Positions 22,877-37,732 of a stretch of 64,000 nucleotides of DNA are shown one piece after another. Where the stretch lies: contig CAXHJY010000307.1 in assembly GCA_964016885.1 (NCBI GenBank), positions 62,001 to 126,000 of the forward strand, given 5' to 3'. A model generated the notes under the pieces. That model saw only the letters and a list, made by a program, of their open reading frames with translations, was not told the DNA's origin and searched no databases. The stretch comes from Eledone cirrhosa (taxonomy: Eukaryota). The position numbers and the translations under genes were made by a program. The stretch's first letter is position 1; the number at the start of each line of letters is the position of its first letter.

Positions 22877-25853
22877 GAGTTACCGCCCTTTGCCGATACA
22901 ACTCCAACAAGGCGTGATGAAGTGAGGGACTAAAACAACTAAGAATGGAAATGACTAGGTCATTAAAAAAAAATGGAAATACCATTCTACAGATTCCAAT
23001 TATGAAAATATATAAAAGACTAAAGAAAAGGTTTAAAAGGTAAATAAAACAAGCCAAAAATTATTTCTGGGCTAGCAAAGCTAACCTGGAGTCCATGGGT
23101 GATATATGTGACATATACAACTCAATGATCAAACCCCACAAAACGGATCAAGAGTTATTGATACATAACCACAATGGTGAGGTAATCTCAGACACTTCCA
23201 AACTCTCTTCGATATTTACAGAATCATTTTTTGGCAATGCTTCATTTACAGAATCCACTACCTATTACAAAGCTTCTGATCCTTTCACTCCAAACACAGA
23301 TCTCCCTCCCATTATTGAACAAGAACTACTAGCAATTATGGATGAATTAAAATGGAAACAGCCACAGGCCCAAATGGAATCATAAATGAAACATGGAGAG
23401 TAATACATGAAATAGTGCTAAACTTATTTAATAGTATAATTAAATTTCAACACCATCCAGATATATGGAAATTTACTCACACGTCAGTAATACCGAAACC
23501 AAATAAATATAACTACCACTCTACCAGATCATACCATCCAATAGCTTTACTAAGCAATCTTTCTAAAATACTAGAAAAAGCTTTAGGCAATAGATTATCT
23601 TACTTAGGAGAGGCAATGAACATTTTCCCCAAATCCCAGTTTGGATTTTGAGTAAATAAAAACACTGAGAACTGTGTACATGAAATAACCATATTCATCA
23701 GAAACTCAAAACTCTTGAAAAAATGGACCAGCTTGATCTCACTAGACATAAAGTGAGCTTATGACAATTTGGTTCATGATACTCTAGTAAAAAAATTATA
23801 TAAATTTGAAATCCCAAAATATCTCTCTAACTGGGTTGAAAGCTTTCTCACTCATCATAGTACAAGTCTGATTTTTGGAAATGAGAAAAGCAAAAACATT
23901 TACCTTTTAAAGGGTCTCCCACAGGGATCGCCATTCTCACCCATTCTCTTTCTATATTACACAACAGACTGATCTCTAAATAAAATTGTAGAAGTATCAG
24001 ATTTTGCAGATGATATCAACTTATATACTTCATCCAGTTTCATCAACAACAACTGCAACTGAATGGGCAAAAGAAAAACACAACTGGTTCATTTCCATAA
24101 TCCTGAATTCATCAATTATCAATGCAATGAAATATGCTGGATGAACCCACTTCTGATACCACAAAAATCCATCAAGACACTAGGCATTTGGTTACAATCT
24201 GACTTGAAATGGGAAACTCATCTCAAACACACACTAAAAAAATGACTTCAACATGGCATGCAATTAAAGTAATCTCAAAGAAATTCCAATGTCTAACATA
24301 CAACCACTTGAGACTGTATAATAAGGGAGTCATCATCACTCAATTGTTGTATGGCAGCTGGGTTTGGAGTCACATAAGTACTAGTTGTCTTCAAGCTATT
24401 GATAGATTCCGTACCGAAATTGGCAAAAACTATACTGGGATGCCTAAGATCTACTCCCAAGATAGCAAGTTCTCATGAGCAGGGTTAACCTCAACTCACT
24501 TGTTGATAGAAGATTCCAGGAAACATAAATTGCTAACTGCTCAGTTTAAATGCAGCATGATACTTGGCTTCTTCCATGGAAGAAGCCAAGTATCATGTTG
24601 ATTTCTTTTGCATTTAAACTGAGCAGTTAGCAATTTGCATTTCCTCTATCAACAAGCGAGTTGGGGTTAACCCTGTTTTAAAGTAATGATCAAAAGCACA
24701 AAAGAGGAAACAAAGGAACTCCATAACACTATCACAGAATCAATCTCTTTTAACAGTTGGCTCTGCTACACAGATTGGGGACATTCAGACAAGAGAGTGG
24801 GTTGGGAAGGCACTTGGTCTTTCAAAAGTAATTATAAAGATATGAACTTCAGATTACATCGGGATTACACTATATTTGATGCAGAATTGTGGGGAATTAC
24901 ATTATCCATAGATTCAGCTAAGGAATTTCCCTGGAAAAATGGTTTTCTATTTACTGACAGTCTATCAAACCTAGAACTGCTTCAGTCAAGAAAAAGGGGT
25001 CGGGTTAGAGATATTGAGAACTCTCTGCTAAAAATAGATAACTACCTCCCAGAAATTAATAAAGAATTAACAGTGATTTGGATAGTGGGCCATACAGATA
25101 TTAGAAGTAATAGGAAAGTAGACAAATTAGCAAAAGAAGCACAAAGGAAAATAATAAATATAGACTCCATCCTAAATCTTTCACAGGTAAAATCATTTAG
25201 CAAATAAATAATTAGTCAAGTGTGGGAAACATTTTGGAAAGAATCCAGAGATAAGCTCACAAATTTCAGTTCCCCACTTTCTCAACCAGATTTGACAACA
25301 TTCAAAACTTATCGATCATTGAGTAATGCAAATAAAAAAAGACTATGCTGGCTTCCAACTGGACATATACCTTTCAAATACATTCAATCAAGAACAGGTT
25401 GTAGAGATTCACCTCTATGTTCTTGTGGTGATTCTCCAGAAACTCTTTGGCATTATTTGTTCCCATGCAGAAACTATCAGTCTGAGAGAGAGGCCATATT
25501 GAAACCAAGATTGTAAATTCAATATTTGATTACAGGTCTACCAAATATAAATAAAATCTTTGAGTACATGGAAGCTATGAAAAGATTCAACAAGAGAAAC
25601 TTCTAGCAGTTTTACAGCTTCCCAGTTTCCTATTTTCTTTTTCGTTTTCTTAGGCATAATCTGCCTTCCATTGGCCTTCAATATTTGAAATGTTATTTTA
25701 TTTTTTCTCCCTTTTCTCTTTTTTTATTTTATTTTTATTACTTGTCTCATTAGCTCTTTTTGATTACCAACTGTAAAGAGTACTCGATACTTCCCCGAGA
25801 CTGCATTGGCTTACTAGCTCTATACAGACGTTTAAATTGAATAAATAAATAAA
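22877..25853 (+). mobile_element. Duplicate of the RT-RNase H LINE relic
   Basis: Same ORF fragments as 4676-7652. Confidence 0.92.
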
Positions 25854-27257
25854 GTATATATATAAATAAATATAATATTGAGAGGTGAATACACAAAACA
25901 ATGTGTTTTCAATTACAGTGGGTATAAGACCACTAGAGTGAAAAACAAACTACAAAAGGCTTGGGAAATACATTATAATTAAAAAGATAAACACAAGTTT
26001 TTAACTCCATTGCTTCATTTGATATATATATATATATATATAGATATATATTCATGTATATACTTGTGTAAAAGTTGAATCTTTTGGACCATATTTTAAG
26101 GTTAAATTTATAGGCTTGACTGTTACATGTCTACTAGTTTTGGGGATATTACTATTTGAAATTCAAGCTAGAATCCAAAGTACCATATCAGTAGCAAAAG
26201 CTCAACTTATCTCTAAATGAATAAAAACAAAGACACATTAAATTAGTGTTACTTCTATGTGCAGGATGATACCTTGACCACAAATGTTGACCAGTTATAC
26301 TAGGATTGACTTATGAAAAATTCCAGATTTTTTTAGCCAAAAATAGGACGCCGACTTTTACCTGAGATCAACCAATACTCGAGTGTACATCGTATACAAG
26401 GTATGTCAGAAAATAAATAGGACTGGGATCATAAAAAATATTTCAAATCCAAACTACAAGTTTTCCCCTTCGAAATAATCCCCCTTGAGTGTAACACACT
26501 ATCCTTCTCCACCACACCTCCATGCACTTCTGGAAGGATTCTCTGCAGCTCTATCATCTGGGACATCCTGATGGCTTCCACATCAGAAAATGGGTCCCCT
26601 TAATGACCCTCTTGAGCTTGAAGAAAAGGAAAAAAAAATCACAGAGCCTAGTCGGGTGAGTAGGGAGGTCGTTCCACCATGGCGATGTTCTTCTCAGTCA
26701 AGAACTGCCAGATGCTCAGGGTGCTGTGTGCTGGCACATTGTCATGGTGAAGCAGCCACAATTTGTCCTGCTATAACATTGAACAAAGCGATCGCTGCAG
26801 GATCTTTTTGTGAACATACTGGTTGATTATCAGGCCCCATAGCAAAATCTTCATGTAGTTGATTCAAGAATGTGATCAATATGAGTTTTGTCTTTGGATT
26901 TCAACTGTCTTGCTTTTTTTTGGCCTCGGCAAATCTGGACTCATCCACTGAAGACTGTGGGTCATACTCGAAGATCCATGGTGACTCACCCCAGCAAGTC
27001 TGGTTTGGTTTCAAGACAATCTAAGATGTCTTGACATCTCTATATCTGCTGCTCCTTCTGGTCATTGTTCAACACCGACTTCGCACAAATCTTCCGTATG
27101 TCCAAATCTTCAGTTATAATCTTACAAAGGCTGTTGTGGTTAATGCCCAGCTCACTCACGATCAGTCAGCAGTTTAAATATATATAAACATATAAATATA
27201 TATAAATTATTTCCTCAGTGCTTTCATAAGTTTGAAAATTTGAGCTTCACATGCAAC

Positions 27258-27294
<37 letters not shown>

Positions 27295-28509
27295 AACGAT
27301 CAACTTTCGTCAAATCGAACCGGAAAAACAATGTTTCCATTGATCTTTCCAATTGCTAATACTATCTATTGGTCGCAACTCCAGGTAGAAGGAGCAACGT
27401 GAAATAATGTGCCTTGCTCAAGGACATAATGCATCGCCCTGTCCAGGAATCGAACTCATAACCTCACGATTGTGAATCCGATTCTCTAACCACTCAGCCA
27501 CGCGCCTCCACACACACACACACACACACACATATATGTTAATTTCAAATATGTTATTGAAATTAATATATAACAGCTGTGTGTGAATATGTATGTACGT
27601 GTGTGTGTGTGTGTGTATATATCATCATCATTACTATTTAACGTCTATTTTTCCATTTTCCATGCTTGCATGGAGACAATGTGAGACAAGTCAGATGAAA
27701 TAATCATGTTTTGCTCACACAGAACTGTTTCTGGCTTTGTTTCTGCAGCTGGATGTCCTTCCTAATGCCAATCACATATACAGCATGGACTGGATGCTTT
27801 TTATCATGGCATCAAATGTGTATGTGTGTGTGCATGTGTATGTCTGTGTGTCTGTGTGTATTAGCATACTACATTTCAAAAGAGTTCATGGTAAAAATAT
27901 ATTAGAATTAATTCCTTGATTAAAACATTCTATGTAATGCTGTCCGAATCTTTGAATTTCCTTTTGTCATTCCAGCCATTGCTAAATTTAATATTACATT
28001 CAATAATGTTATTGTATACTTTCTGTAATTGTTTTCAAACCTATATCCATTAAATATTCATGATATTGTTTTACTGAGATATCAGTCTTTGGACTGCTAT
28101 TGAGATTCATACTCTGTTGTTGATCTTGTTCAACATAGATGAATTGGTAATTACAGTATAAATAGATAGCTATAGATAGACAGTCAAAAAAACAGATAGC
28201 CAGGCAGGCAAATAGATATAAAGATAAGTAGGGAGACAGATAAAGAGACAGGGAGTCTCACAATTAGGTTGGTAGCTAGACAGATAGATACATGCATACA
28301 TAGATATATATATTCACACACACACATAGATAGACAGCCAAGATGGCTGGATAGGTAGATAGATAGATAGATAGGTAGACTGTTATATAGATATACATAC
28401 ATATCAAATGTGTTGTTTTTATTGTCCGAAGATATTTTTGTTTATATAAATACTTATGTATGAATAAATAATATATGCATGTATATATAAATATATGTCT
28501 CTCCATAAA

Positions 28510-28835
28510 GGGTAAAGACCCCCTTTGGTCAGGAGTGATCATGGGATTGGCACCTAGAAATTTCCTTCCGAGGCACAAGTCTGAGCAAGGTTGTATGTGG
28601 AAGACCAGCAGTTGTCCATGCATACTAATCTCCCCTCTCCATGCCACAAATGATGTCTGAGAAAGACAATGGCCAATACAGCTTGACACCAGTGACGTCG
28701 CAACTCATTTCTACAGCTGAATGAACTGGAGCAACCTGAAATAAAGTGTCTTGTTCAAGAACACAACGCAAAGCCTGGTCCGAGAATCAAACTCACAATT
28801 GTAAGCCTGATGCTTTAACCACTAAGCCATGCGCC
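28510..28835 (-). mobile_element. tRNA-derived CORE-like SINE family 2 (5'-clipped copy 10304-10620; relatives ~9170-9306, 14540-14690, 27376-27508)
   Basis: ggcgcatggcttagtggttaaagc A-box head, gtgttcttgaacaagacacttta CORE-like motif. Confidence 0.75.
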
Positions 28836-30038
28836 TATATTTATATATGCATATATAAATATATGTTGATGACAAAACAAACAGCTAATATTTACTGTTT
28901 ATCTCTGAATATTGATACTGTGACACACACACATGAAAAGTAAGAGAGAAAACCATGCTAAGAGCTCTTGATTTTTTTCCCGTTCTTTTGTTATTTTTTT
29001 TTTAGTATTTTGCACATTACACAAAGTAGTTAATACATGACCCTAGTGTTTTATTATAATAGATATATAAAGGAAAAAACAAAAACCACACCACACAGAT
29101 TTCATAGCAAGTTTTAATTGAAGGAATAAAATTTTTAAGTAACTAAAACAAAAAAAAGTGAAACAATATCACAGTGAGAAAAAAAATAATAACCACAACA
29201 ATACATGAAATGTGGGCCTAAACAACTATTAATTGATATTTAAAATAGAAAAATAATCAACTAAATAGAAAATTAATGTTTCACTGCCTAATTCATTTGA
29301 TGTGTCAATTTAATGAGTATATTTCTCAACTGTATAAAGGTGGATAGCATAGTATATAAGGTGTTCGACTCATGATAGCAAAGTCTTGAGTTCAATTCAC
29401 AGGACTGCATTGTCTCCTTGAGCAAGACACTATATTTTAATGTTTCTCCAGTCAACTTAGCTGGAGGAAATGAGCAACTGTACTTATACTTCAAAAGAGC
29501 TAGCCAGGTTTCCCTGAGAACTACATTAAGGAAGGTGTGGGTGGGGCAGATGCTCAGCTACTTATAATGGTTTCTGATTTAGGTACAAGGCCGGCAATTT
29601 AGGAAGGAGAGGAAAGTTGATTAAATCAACTCCAGTGTGTTACTGGTACTGTATTTCATCAACGACCTTTTAAGAATGAAAGGCAAAGCTAACCTTGGAG
29701 GGATTTGAACTCAGAACGTAAAGGGCCGTAACTACATATCACAAAACATGTTGCCCGACACTATCGATTAATACCAATCAACCGCCGTTCAGCCACTTAT
29801 AATATATAAGATGGTCTGTATCTGTAATTCTAAGGTCCAATCTTGTCACACACTGTGTCATGCTGAATCTCCCTGATAACTAGGTTAAAGGTAGACGTAA
29901 CTGTGGAATGCTCAGCCACTTATATCACGACACAAGATGGTCTGCACCTGTAATTTTAAAGTCCAACCTTGTAACACTGAGTCTTGAGAGCTATGTTAAG
30001 TGACTGAGCATTTAATGTGCTGATAATGATGATGATGA

Positions 30039-30104
<66 letters not shown>

Positions 30105-31724
30105 TACATATATATAAATAATATATATATATCCATATATATATATAGTATATGTTTATATAATATATTATTTATATATCCATATATATATATAGTATAT
30201 ATTCATTTATATATGTGTATATATGTGTGTGTATGTATGTGTGTATGTGTGTGTATATATACACATACATATATGCTTTCCAGTATGTTAGTTTTAAATT
30301 TATTTAAGTAGATAAACTCAATATACTATTCATTAAGATACTTACTATTTAACATAAAAGATGTTTATAGTATCTTTATCAGTGGACAGCTTGTTGTGAA
30401 AATGTGTTGTTAAACAGAAGCTTCAACATTTAATGTGATGCAGTCATAGTGTTGGCTTGTACATCCCAAAAATAACTTGCTCATGTACTTACATGTGGTT
30501 TGTTAATTCAAATGTTTATAGTATCTTTACTAGGGGACAGATCGTTGTGAAAATTTGCATCAAACTAAAATAACGATTTTAACTTTTAACGCAATGCAAT
30601 TAAATTATTTTTGTTTTTTTAAGAATGTTTTTCTAATGAGGTTTTAAATGTTTGCAGTATCTTTACTAGTGGACAGATCTTTTTGAAAATTTGCAATAAA
30701 TTAAAGACTTGTAGTACACCTGAGCACTGTACACAATAAATTTCATTTCATTATATAATTGTTTCTACTTTTAGCACAAGGCCAGCAATTATCCAAGTAT
30801 ATTACTGGTACTTTATTTTATCGACCCCGTAAGGATGAAAGGCAAAGTTAATCTCGGCGGGATTTGAACTCAGACTGCAAAGGGCCGTAACTCTATGCTG
30901 CAAAGCATGGTATCTGACCCTCTACTGATACTGCCAATCCACCCCCCATTTCATTATATAATGCAGTTTCATTAAAAATGCTAATGTGATCTCATGTGGT
31001 AAAGAACACACTGTACAATATATGACTTGATATAAAAAATGTAACGCGTTGGTCAAGGCTGGAATCCCTTTTTATCATAGATAAGCTCAATCAAAGCTAA
31101 TCTCGGACTAAACAGAAAACAACAATGATCTGAATGTTATGAACTAGTGAGGGAGATTATTATGTGGTTGTTTGATATATTAGAATTAGCAGCCATATAA
31201 GTTATCACCTCAAGTTATCACCCTATGGTTTTGAAAGAAACATACAAAAACAAAAACAAAAGCACACAATGTGTAGAATATGTATATGATGGGGAAGGGG
31301 AAGGCAGCTTTAATCATAGACATGCTCATTCACAGAGATGACCCAGGGCGAAATAACAACATCATCATCATCATCATCATCATCAATAACGACATTGCTG
31401 CCGCCAAAATGTTTGACATGGCTATGACGGTAAAGATAAAGAGACCATGTGTTGGTGGTGTTGTTATTTGATCCCTGGATCAAAGTGTATTGGATAAACC
31501 AATCAGAAAAATTGCACTTGACATAATGAGCCTGGTTATTTAGGACTACAGTAGCCAATATATATATATATACTTCCTTGTTTAAGTTGATTGGAAGGAA
31601 ATTTGCTTGCTATTTCTAGCAGGTCGAACACGTGAAAAAGGCAAGTAGCATGAAAAATACATTCTACCAATATTCTGCAATGAGGTTATATAGAAGCAAT
31701 GTGGCATATAATTTATACTAATAT

Positions 31725-31737
31725 ACATATATGTAAA

Positions 31738-31770
<33 letters not shown>

Positions 31771-32019
31771 TTATACATATATGTACACACACACACATAT
31801 GTATATATATACATGTTTATACGTATATATACACACACACGTGTATATATATATATACATGTTTATACATATATGTACATGTATATATATATAATATGTT
31901 TACATATATGTACTTACAGGTATGTATATGTAGATGCATGTATATAGATGTACCTGTATATATATATATATATATAACCTCATATATGTACTTACATGTG
32001 TATATATGTTCATACAAGT

Positions 32020-32054
<35 letters not shown>

Positions 32055-32084
32055 CTCTACAAATATATATATGTACACATGTAC

Positions 32085-32115
<31 letters not shown>

Positions 32116-32126
32116 TTACATATATC

Positions 32127-32157
<31 letters not shown>

Positions 32158-32396
32158 CATACATTATACATATATATGTATATATATATATATACATACA
32201 TTACATATATATATATATAAATATATACATTATGTATTTGAAAAGGAGGTACAGTTCTAGACAAAACAGAGGTTATAGAAAAAAGAATGGGTGTAAAGAG
32301 AATCCTTTTTCTTCTTTAAATATATTTCCGTGCTGTTTACATCCTACCTTTTTCTATACATTACTTAAATATATATATATATACGTATATATATAT

Positions 32397-32433
<37 letters not shown>

Positions 32434-32514
32434 CATATATATATATATATATATATATATACATTACACACACATATATATGTATGTTCATACAATACAA
32501 ATATAAATATATAC

Positions 32515-32575
<61 letters not shown>

Positions 32576-32775
32576 CACATACATTATATATATATATATT
32601 ACATATATACGTACATATATACATTACACACATATATATATATATACATACATTTCATATAAACATATATATAGATATATATACATATATATATATAGAT
32701 ATAAATATATACATACATACATTTCATATAAACATATATATACATATAACATACATTTCATATAAACCTATATAC

Positions 32776-32815
<40 letters not shown>
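31725..32815. repeat. Compound (TA)n/(CA)n microsatellite
   Basis: Direct inspection. Confidence 0.95.
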
Positions 32816-32818
<3 letters not shown>

Positions 32819-33027
32819 AAGAGAGATGTGTGAGTGTGTATGTCCATACTTTGTATGTTTTCCCCGATGCTTACCACTTGTTTCAATGCCATCAATGGAT
32901 GGTGTAACAGGTGGTGGAAAAAGCTTCCAGTCTGGGGTGTGATGAGGTGGGGGTGGGGGTGTTTCTCTGGCCAACCAATTGTCTCCGCTTCATGCCCTTG
33001 GCCAGCCGGTTGTCTCCTCTTGTTTTC

Positions 33028-33188
33028 TTAGTCGAAACTGCCAAAACTACCAAAACTTCCACAGCTGCTAAAACTGCTCATTGAACTCAATGAACTCCAG
33101 CTGCCCCAACGCCCGAGACCCCACCCACCACCCCAGCCACCCATCATTGTTGAAGCTCCATGGGCAAGAAGTGCACCACCTGCAATAC
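33028..33188 (-). CDS. PLEKHB2: PH-domain evectin/PLEKHB-like protein, last coding exon (GIAGGALLAHGASTMMGGWGGGWGLGRWGSWSSLSSMSSFSSCGSFGSFGSFD*)
   Basis: cag acceptor, phase 1, TAA at 33030-33028; IALGIAGGALL parallels the evectin LALGMLAGAATG segment. Confidence 0.85.
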
Positions 33189-33288
33189 CTGCAATGATAA
33201 ATATGATAATAATGGTAGTGTTGCTGGTGATGATGAAAGCAATAATGATGGTGGTGATGATGATGATAGCAGTAATGGTGGTGATGAT

Positions 33289-33590
33289 GATAGGGCTAAG
33301 ACCCTTATCATTAAAACAGCTGAGAAACCCCTTATGATTTTCAACCCCATAGGAAGCCAGCTAAACCTATATAGGTGGGAGTTGTAGCAACAACAACATG
33401 ATAGGGCTAGGACCCCTATTATTAAAACAGCTGAGAAAACGCCTATCAAATACACCCCTTTAGGAGAGCAGTTAAACCTACATAGGTGGAAACTATAACA
33501 TGATAGGGCCCTTATCATTAAAACAGCTGGAAAACTCCTTATCTAATACAGTCTCATGGAAGGCCAGCTAAATCTACATAGGTGGAAGCT
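33289..33590. repeat. Three degenerate ~100-bp tandem repeats in the last PLEKHB-like intron
   Basis: Recurrent gatagggc..ccttatcattaaaacagctg..ctaaacctacataggtgg. Confidence 0.7.
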
Positions 33591-33777
33591 TTAAATTTCA
33601 TTTCAATCTCACCCATAATGATTCTTATAGTATGAAGTAAAATAAATCATTAAAATATATATAAATAAAAAAACAAGATGCACTCACACACACACACACA
33701 CACACATGGACACATACATAAACATATCCAAACAAACACACAACGATAAACACACAAAATACATGCACACATCTTAC

Positions 33778-33942
33778 CTAAAGCTATTTCTCCATAATTA
33801 TTCTTCGACTTTTCTTTAACATGTATCACTTGAGGGTTTCCAGTGTTTCCATAATAGGAACCCTGCTGAGGATAATATCCGGGATAAGTTCCAGCGTAAC
33901 CAGGAGGTGGTGGTGGTACAGCAACTGCCTGGCCATAAGCAC
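33778..33942 (-). CDS. PLEKHB2: PLEKHB-like exon (GAYGQAVAVPPPPPGY...PQVIHVKEKSKNNYGEIAL)
   Basis: ag/gtaaga boundaries, 165 nt, phase 1-1; resembles evectin QVIIRERYRDNDSDLALG. Confidence 0.88.
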
Positions 33943-34004
33943 CTGACAAATGGAAAGCAAACATTGTACGTTATATAAATATTTCAGGATTATCGCTATG
34001 ATGT

Positions 34005-34204
34005 TACGAGGATCAGCTGAAAAGTTCATGGGCCGACTATGAAGCAATGATGCTAGAGCTGTGAAATCTTGCATACATTAATTTCAATTTTTCTTATTAA
34101 TAACTGCATTGTTTCTTTCCAGGTACTATGTTGAAAAATAAACCTCATTTAGTAATTCCATGAGAGTATCTTAGTCAGGCTATGAACTTTTCAGCCGATT
34201 CTCA
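34005..34204. mobile_element. Mariner-type MITE
   Basis: TIRs tacgaggatcagctgaaaagttcat / atgaacttttcagccgattctc. Confidence 0.75.
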
Positions 34205-35359
34205 AAGCATGGTTGAACTGAGGGAAGATTGTGCTGGTATGGACATGTGATGGGTATGGATGAAGATGACCACTGGAGTGTGGATGTACCAAGAGGTAAC
34301 ATATCAGAAGTAGGAATTCTGTAGTAGAGGAGGATCTGGGCAGAAGTGTTGAGAGCTGAACCATGTGATGGAGATAGACTTCTGTAATGTCACTGTCTGT
34401 GTGTTGGATGTGTCATGTCAGTGAACTGAGAGGAAAAAAAACTGGGCATAAGAGGTAATGTAGAGTACAAGAGAGAAGATTGCGCTGCTGTGAACCTACG
34501 ATGCATGTGGATGATGATCACAAGGTGAAGAAACACCAAGAGATCTCAGTGGAAGGAAGTTTTAAAAGTTTTGTGCTATTATTCTTATTTAAACCTAAAT
34601 AAATAATTGTTTCTACTTTTGGCACAAGGCCAGCAATTATCCCAGTGTATTGCTGGTACTTTATTTTATCGACCCCGTAAGGATGAAAGGCAAAGTTAAC
34701 CTAAATTAATAATGTTAAAAACAATTGAAATAGAAACAGTAGCTTTGCTGTAACATTCACTAAATAATTGTTTCTACTTTTGGCACAAGGCCAGCAATTA
34801 TCCCAGTGTATTACTGGTACTTTATTTTATCGACCCTGTAAGGATGAAAGGCAAAGTTAACCTCGGCAGGATTTGAACCCAGATCATAAAGGGAGGTAAC
34901 TATGCTTCAAAGCATGGTGTTCGACATTCACTAAATTATTGTCTCTACTTTAGGCACAAGGCCAGCAATTACCCAGTGCATTACTGGTACTTTATTTTAT
35001 CGACCCCATAAGGATGAAAGGCAAAGTCAACCTCGGCGGGATTTGAACTCAGATCGTAATAAACCCACGGAACGGATAAAGATAGGTATCAGCTTCATTA
35101 TTAGACTATATTAGTCAATGTTACGGTGAAACTTCTATTTCTATTTCAATTCTAAACTTCGCTCGTTGCATCCTTTGTTAAAAACAATATTTTTTAATTT
35201 CCTCCTTTTATTGGATGCTGTATTATGACAGAGATGTAAACTAAAAGTACTGTATAAAGCAGTCAAAAAGTCTAAAGTCTGTGAATAAAGTAGTTTAGTT
35301 AAATATAAAGCATTGTGAGATACGCAATGAATGATTGGACTTAAGAAAGCTGGTAGTAT

Positions 35360-35745
35360 GCAGTAGAAATATATAAAGGACAAAGAATGACAAATAAAAC
35401 AAAACAGAGTAATGTTTTTACCCAGTATAGTTCAACATAATATTTCAGGGTTATTACCCTCTTTTCAAATGTGAAATGGAAATGATTCAAAACAAAAACA
35501 AACAATCGATATGTTCTTCCTTAACTGGCCCAAGTGCGTGAATTGTGCATGCGTGGAGCAGTAACAGAAGCTCAACATGTGCACACCTGGACCAGTTAAA
35601 GAAGAACACATCGATTGTTTGTTTTTGTTTTGCATTTGAAAAGAGGCTACTAGCCCTGAAATATTATGTTGAAATACACTGGGTAAAATATTACTTTGTT
35701 TTGTTTTATTTGTCATTCTTTGTCCTTGATATATTTCTGCCATGT
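35360..35745. mobile_element. Foldback MITE with ~170-bp imperfect inverted arms (half copy at ~43810-43965)
   Basis: gaaatatataaaggacaaagaatgacaaataaaac... is inverted at ...gttttatttgtcattctttgtccttgatatatttc. Confidence 0.75.
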
Positions 35746-37144
35746 TGTACTGGTGCTTATCCTGGTTTCCATGGTGTTAAGTGACTGAGCATACATGACT
35801 CTCTCCTGGATAGGAGTTAGTCCATCACAGGGTTAAACTCCCAGCTACTGCAGTTATTCATTTTCTGCTGAGTATACTGGAGCAACATGAAATGAAATGT
35901 TTTGCTCAAAAATACAATACACAACCCAATCCACAAATCAAAGCCACAACATTATTATCGTTAGTCTAACACCTTTACCACTAGGCCACACACCTGAACA
36001 AAACAAGGTGAAGAGTAAATTTAATTTACAAAAGATTCCACAGGCTTCTTCTAATCATCGTTTCCACATACAGTGGAATATGATGCGTCATGTATATATT
36101 TTGATTGGTATTTGAGAATGTTCATGATCGTCTTTCTTAAGGCCAATTACTTCCAATAGGAGGCCTATTTGCTGCAAGTTGTAACACCTGGGTAAAATAT
36201 CACTGCTTTTCTGGTGACAGTAAGCAGGATTTGAACTCAGAATGCACAGAGCTGGAACAGATACTTCAAGGCATCCTATCTGACACTTTTAACTATGCCA
36301 AACCACTGCCTTTGAATAGGTACTATGTTTTATCGACTGCAAAGGGATGAAAAGCAAAGTTGACCTCAGCTGAATTTGAATTCAGAGAAAATAGGTCTAG
36401 AACAATTGCCACAAAACAATCTGGCATTCTACAAACTTTGCCAATTCACTTTTTGCCAGTAAACAAGATTCAAAACATTTGGATTTCCTACTTTCAAGAA
36501 AATTTCCTACAAAGAGAATTTCACAGTAATATGACAGGGAAAAAAAGTCTATTAACCCTTTAGCATTTAAACTGGCTGTATCAGGCCAGAATTCTCTCAT
36601 CTCTTTCTGTTTAACTGGTCATAACCATCCGTTCATACCGATGTTAAGGTATTGTTCTCAAAATAAATAATATCAAAATCTCGTAGATTCGATATTATGT
36701 GAAATAAAGCCTTTTCTGTGAAAATACAATAGTATATATAGAGTAATGTGAATGCTAAAGGGTCAATGAAAGTAGTTAGTAACAAGGAGGCATGCAGCCA
36801 ACTATAAAAACAAATATTCCAATCAAAGAAAAAACAATTAGTATTGAAAAAAAAATGCAATCCATTTTTTTAGTTGATGTTAGATCAAATCAAGGTAATA
36901 ATGTTTCCATTGGTCTTTCCATTACTAATATTATCTACCAATCATACATAACTTCTGAAATCAGAACATACAGAAACAGATCAGATACCTGAAAGTATTC
37001 CAGCTGACTCATTAACAATTCTGCCACTCTACCATTTCTGTACTTTATTTATCAAACATGATAGTTAACCCTGACAGGATTTAAACACAGAAGAGAGATA
37101 GCTGAGTCAGATACCACCACTGGACTGGCAGGATTTGAAGACAG

Positions 37145-37223
<79 letters not shown>

Positions 37224-37732
37224 GAGTCAGATAGCACAAAGCATCCCTTCCAACTCTCTGACAATTCCACCAATCTACTGCCACTTTATTGGAACTTTAT
37301 GAAACATGAAAGGATGAAATACACAGTTGACTTTGGCAGGATTTGAACTCAGAGTGCAGTGAGTTAGAAGCAAGGTATTTAAACCAATGTTTTAACGACT
37401 GTCAATTCATGCTATACTGGCATGGAAAAATTAAGTGAAAAACAATCAAATTACCAGCTTGGTGGATAGGGGTAGTGTTTAGGGTTGAGGTGAGGATGAA
37501 ATTCAGGGCTCATGTTACAAGTCACAGGTTAGTGATCTAGGAGGGGTTCAAAAACAAACAAAATGTTCAATACCAAATGTTAGTCAGACAACGAAGGTGG
37601 GCCTTGTGAATGGGAAAGTAGTGAGTGGGTACAACCAACGTTCCCTCTAAACTGCAATCCTTGAATTTGGTACCATGCACATTAAAATGTTGCTGATCAG
37701 TTGCTTGGAAATGTTTCCAATGAAATATAGCC

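Larger units (their letters stand above)
18186..28826 (+). repeat. Segmental duplication copy B
   Basis: Matches 1-10620; after 28826 the SINE continues intact (ccatgcgcc). Confidence 0.97.

Noticed and set aside
33160-33387. Plus-strand Asp/Gly-rich ORF
   Set aside because: (GAT/GGT)n simple repeat, antisense to the last intron/exon of the PLEKHB-like gene.
37455-37536. Possible extra PLEKHB-like exon (ag...CCACCAAGCTG|gtaatt)
   Set aside because: Stop codons in all three frames; at most a poison exon, unsupported.
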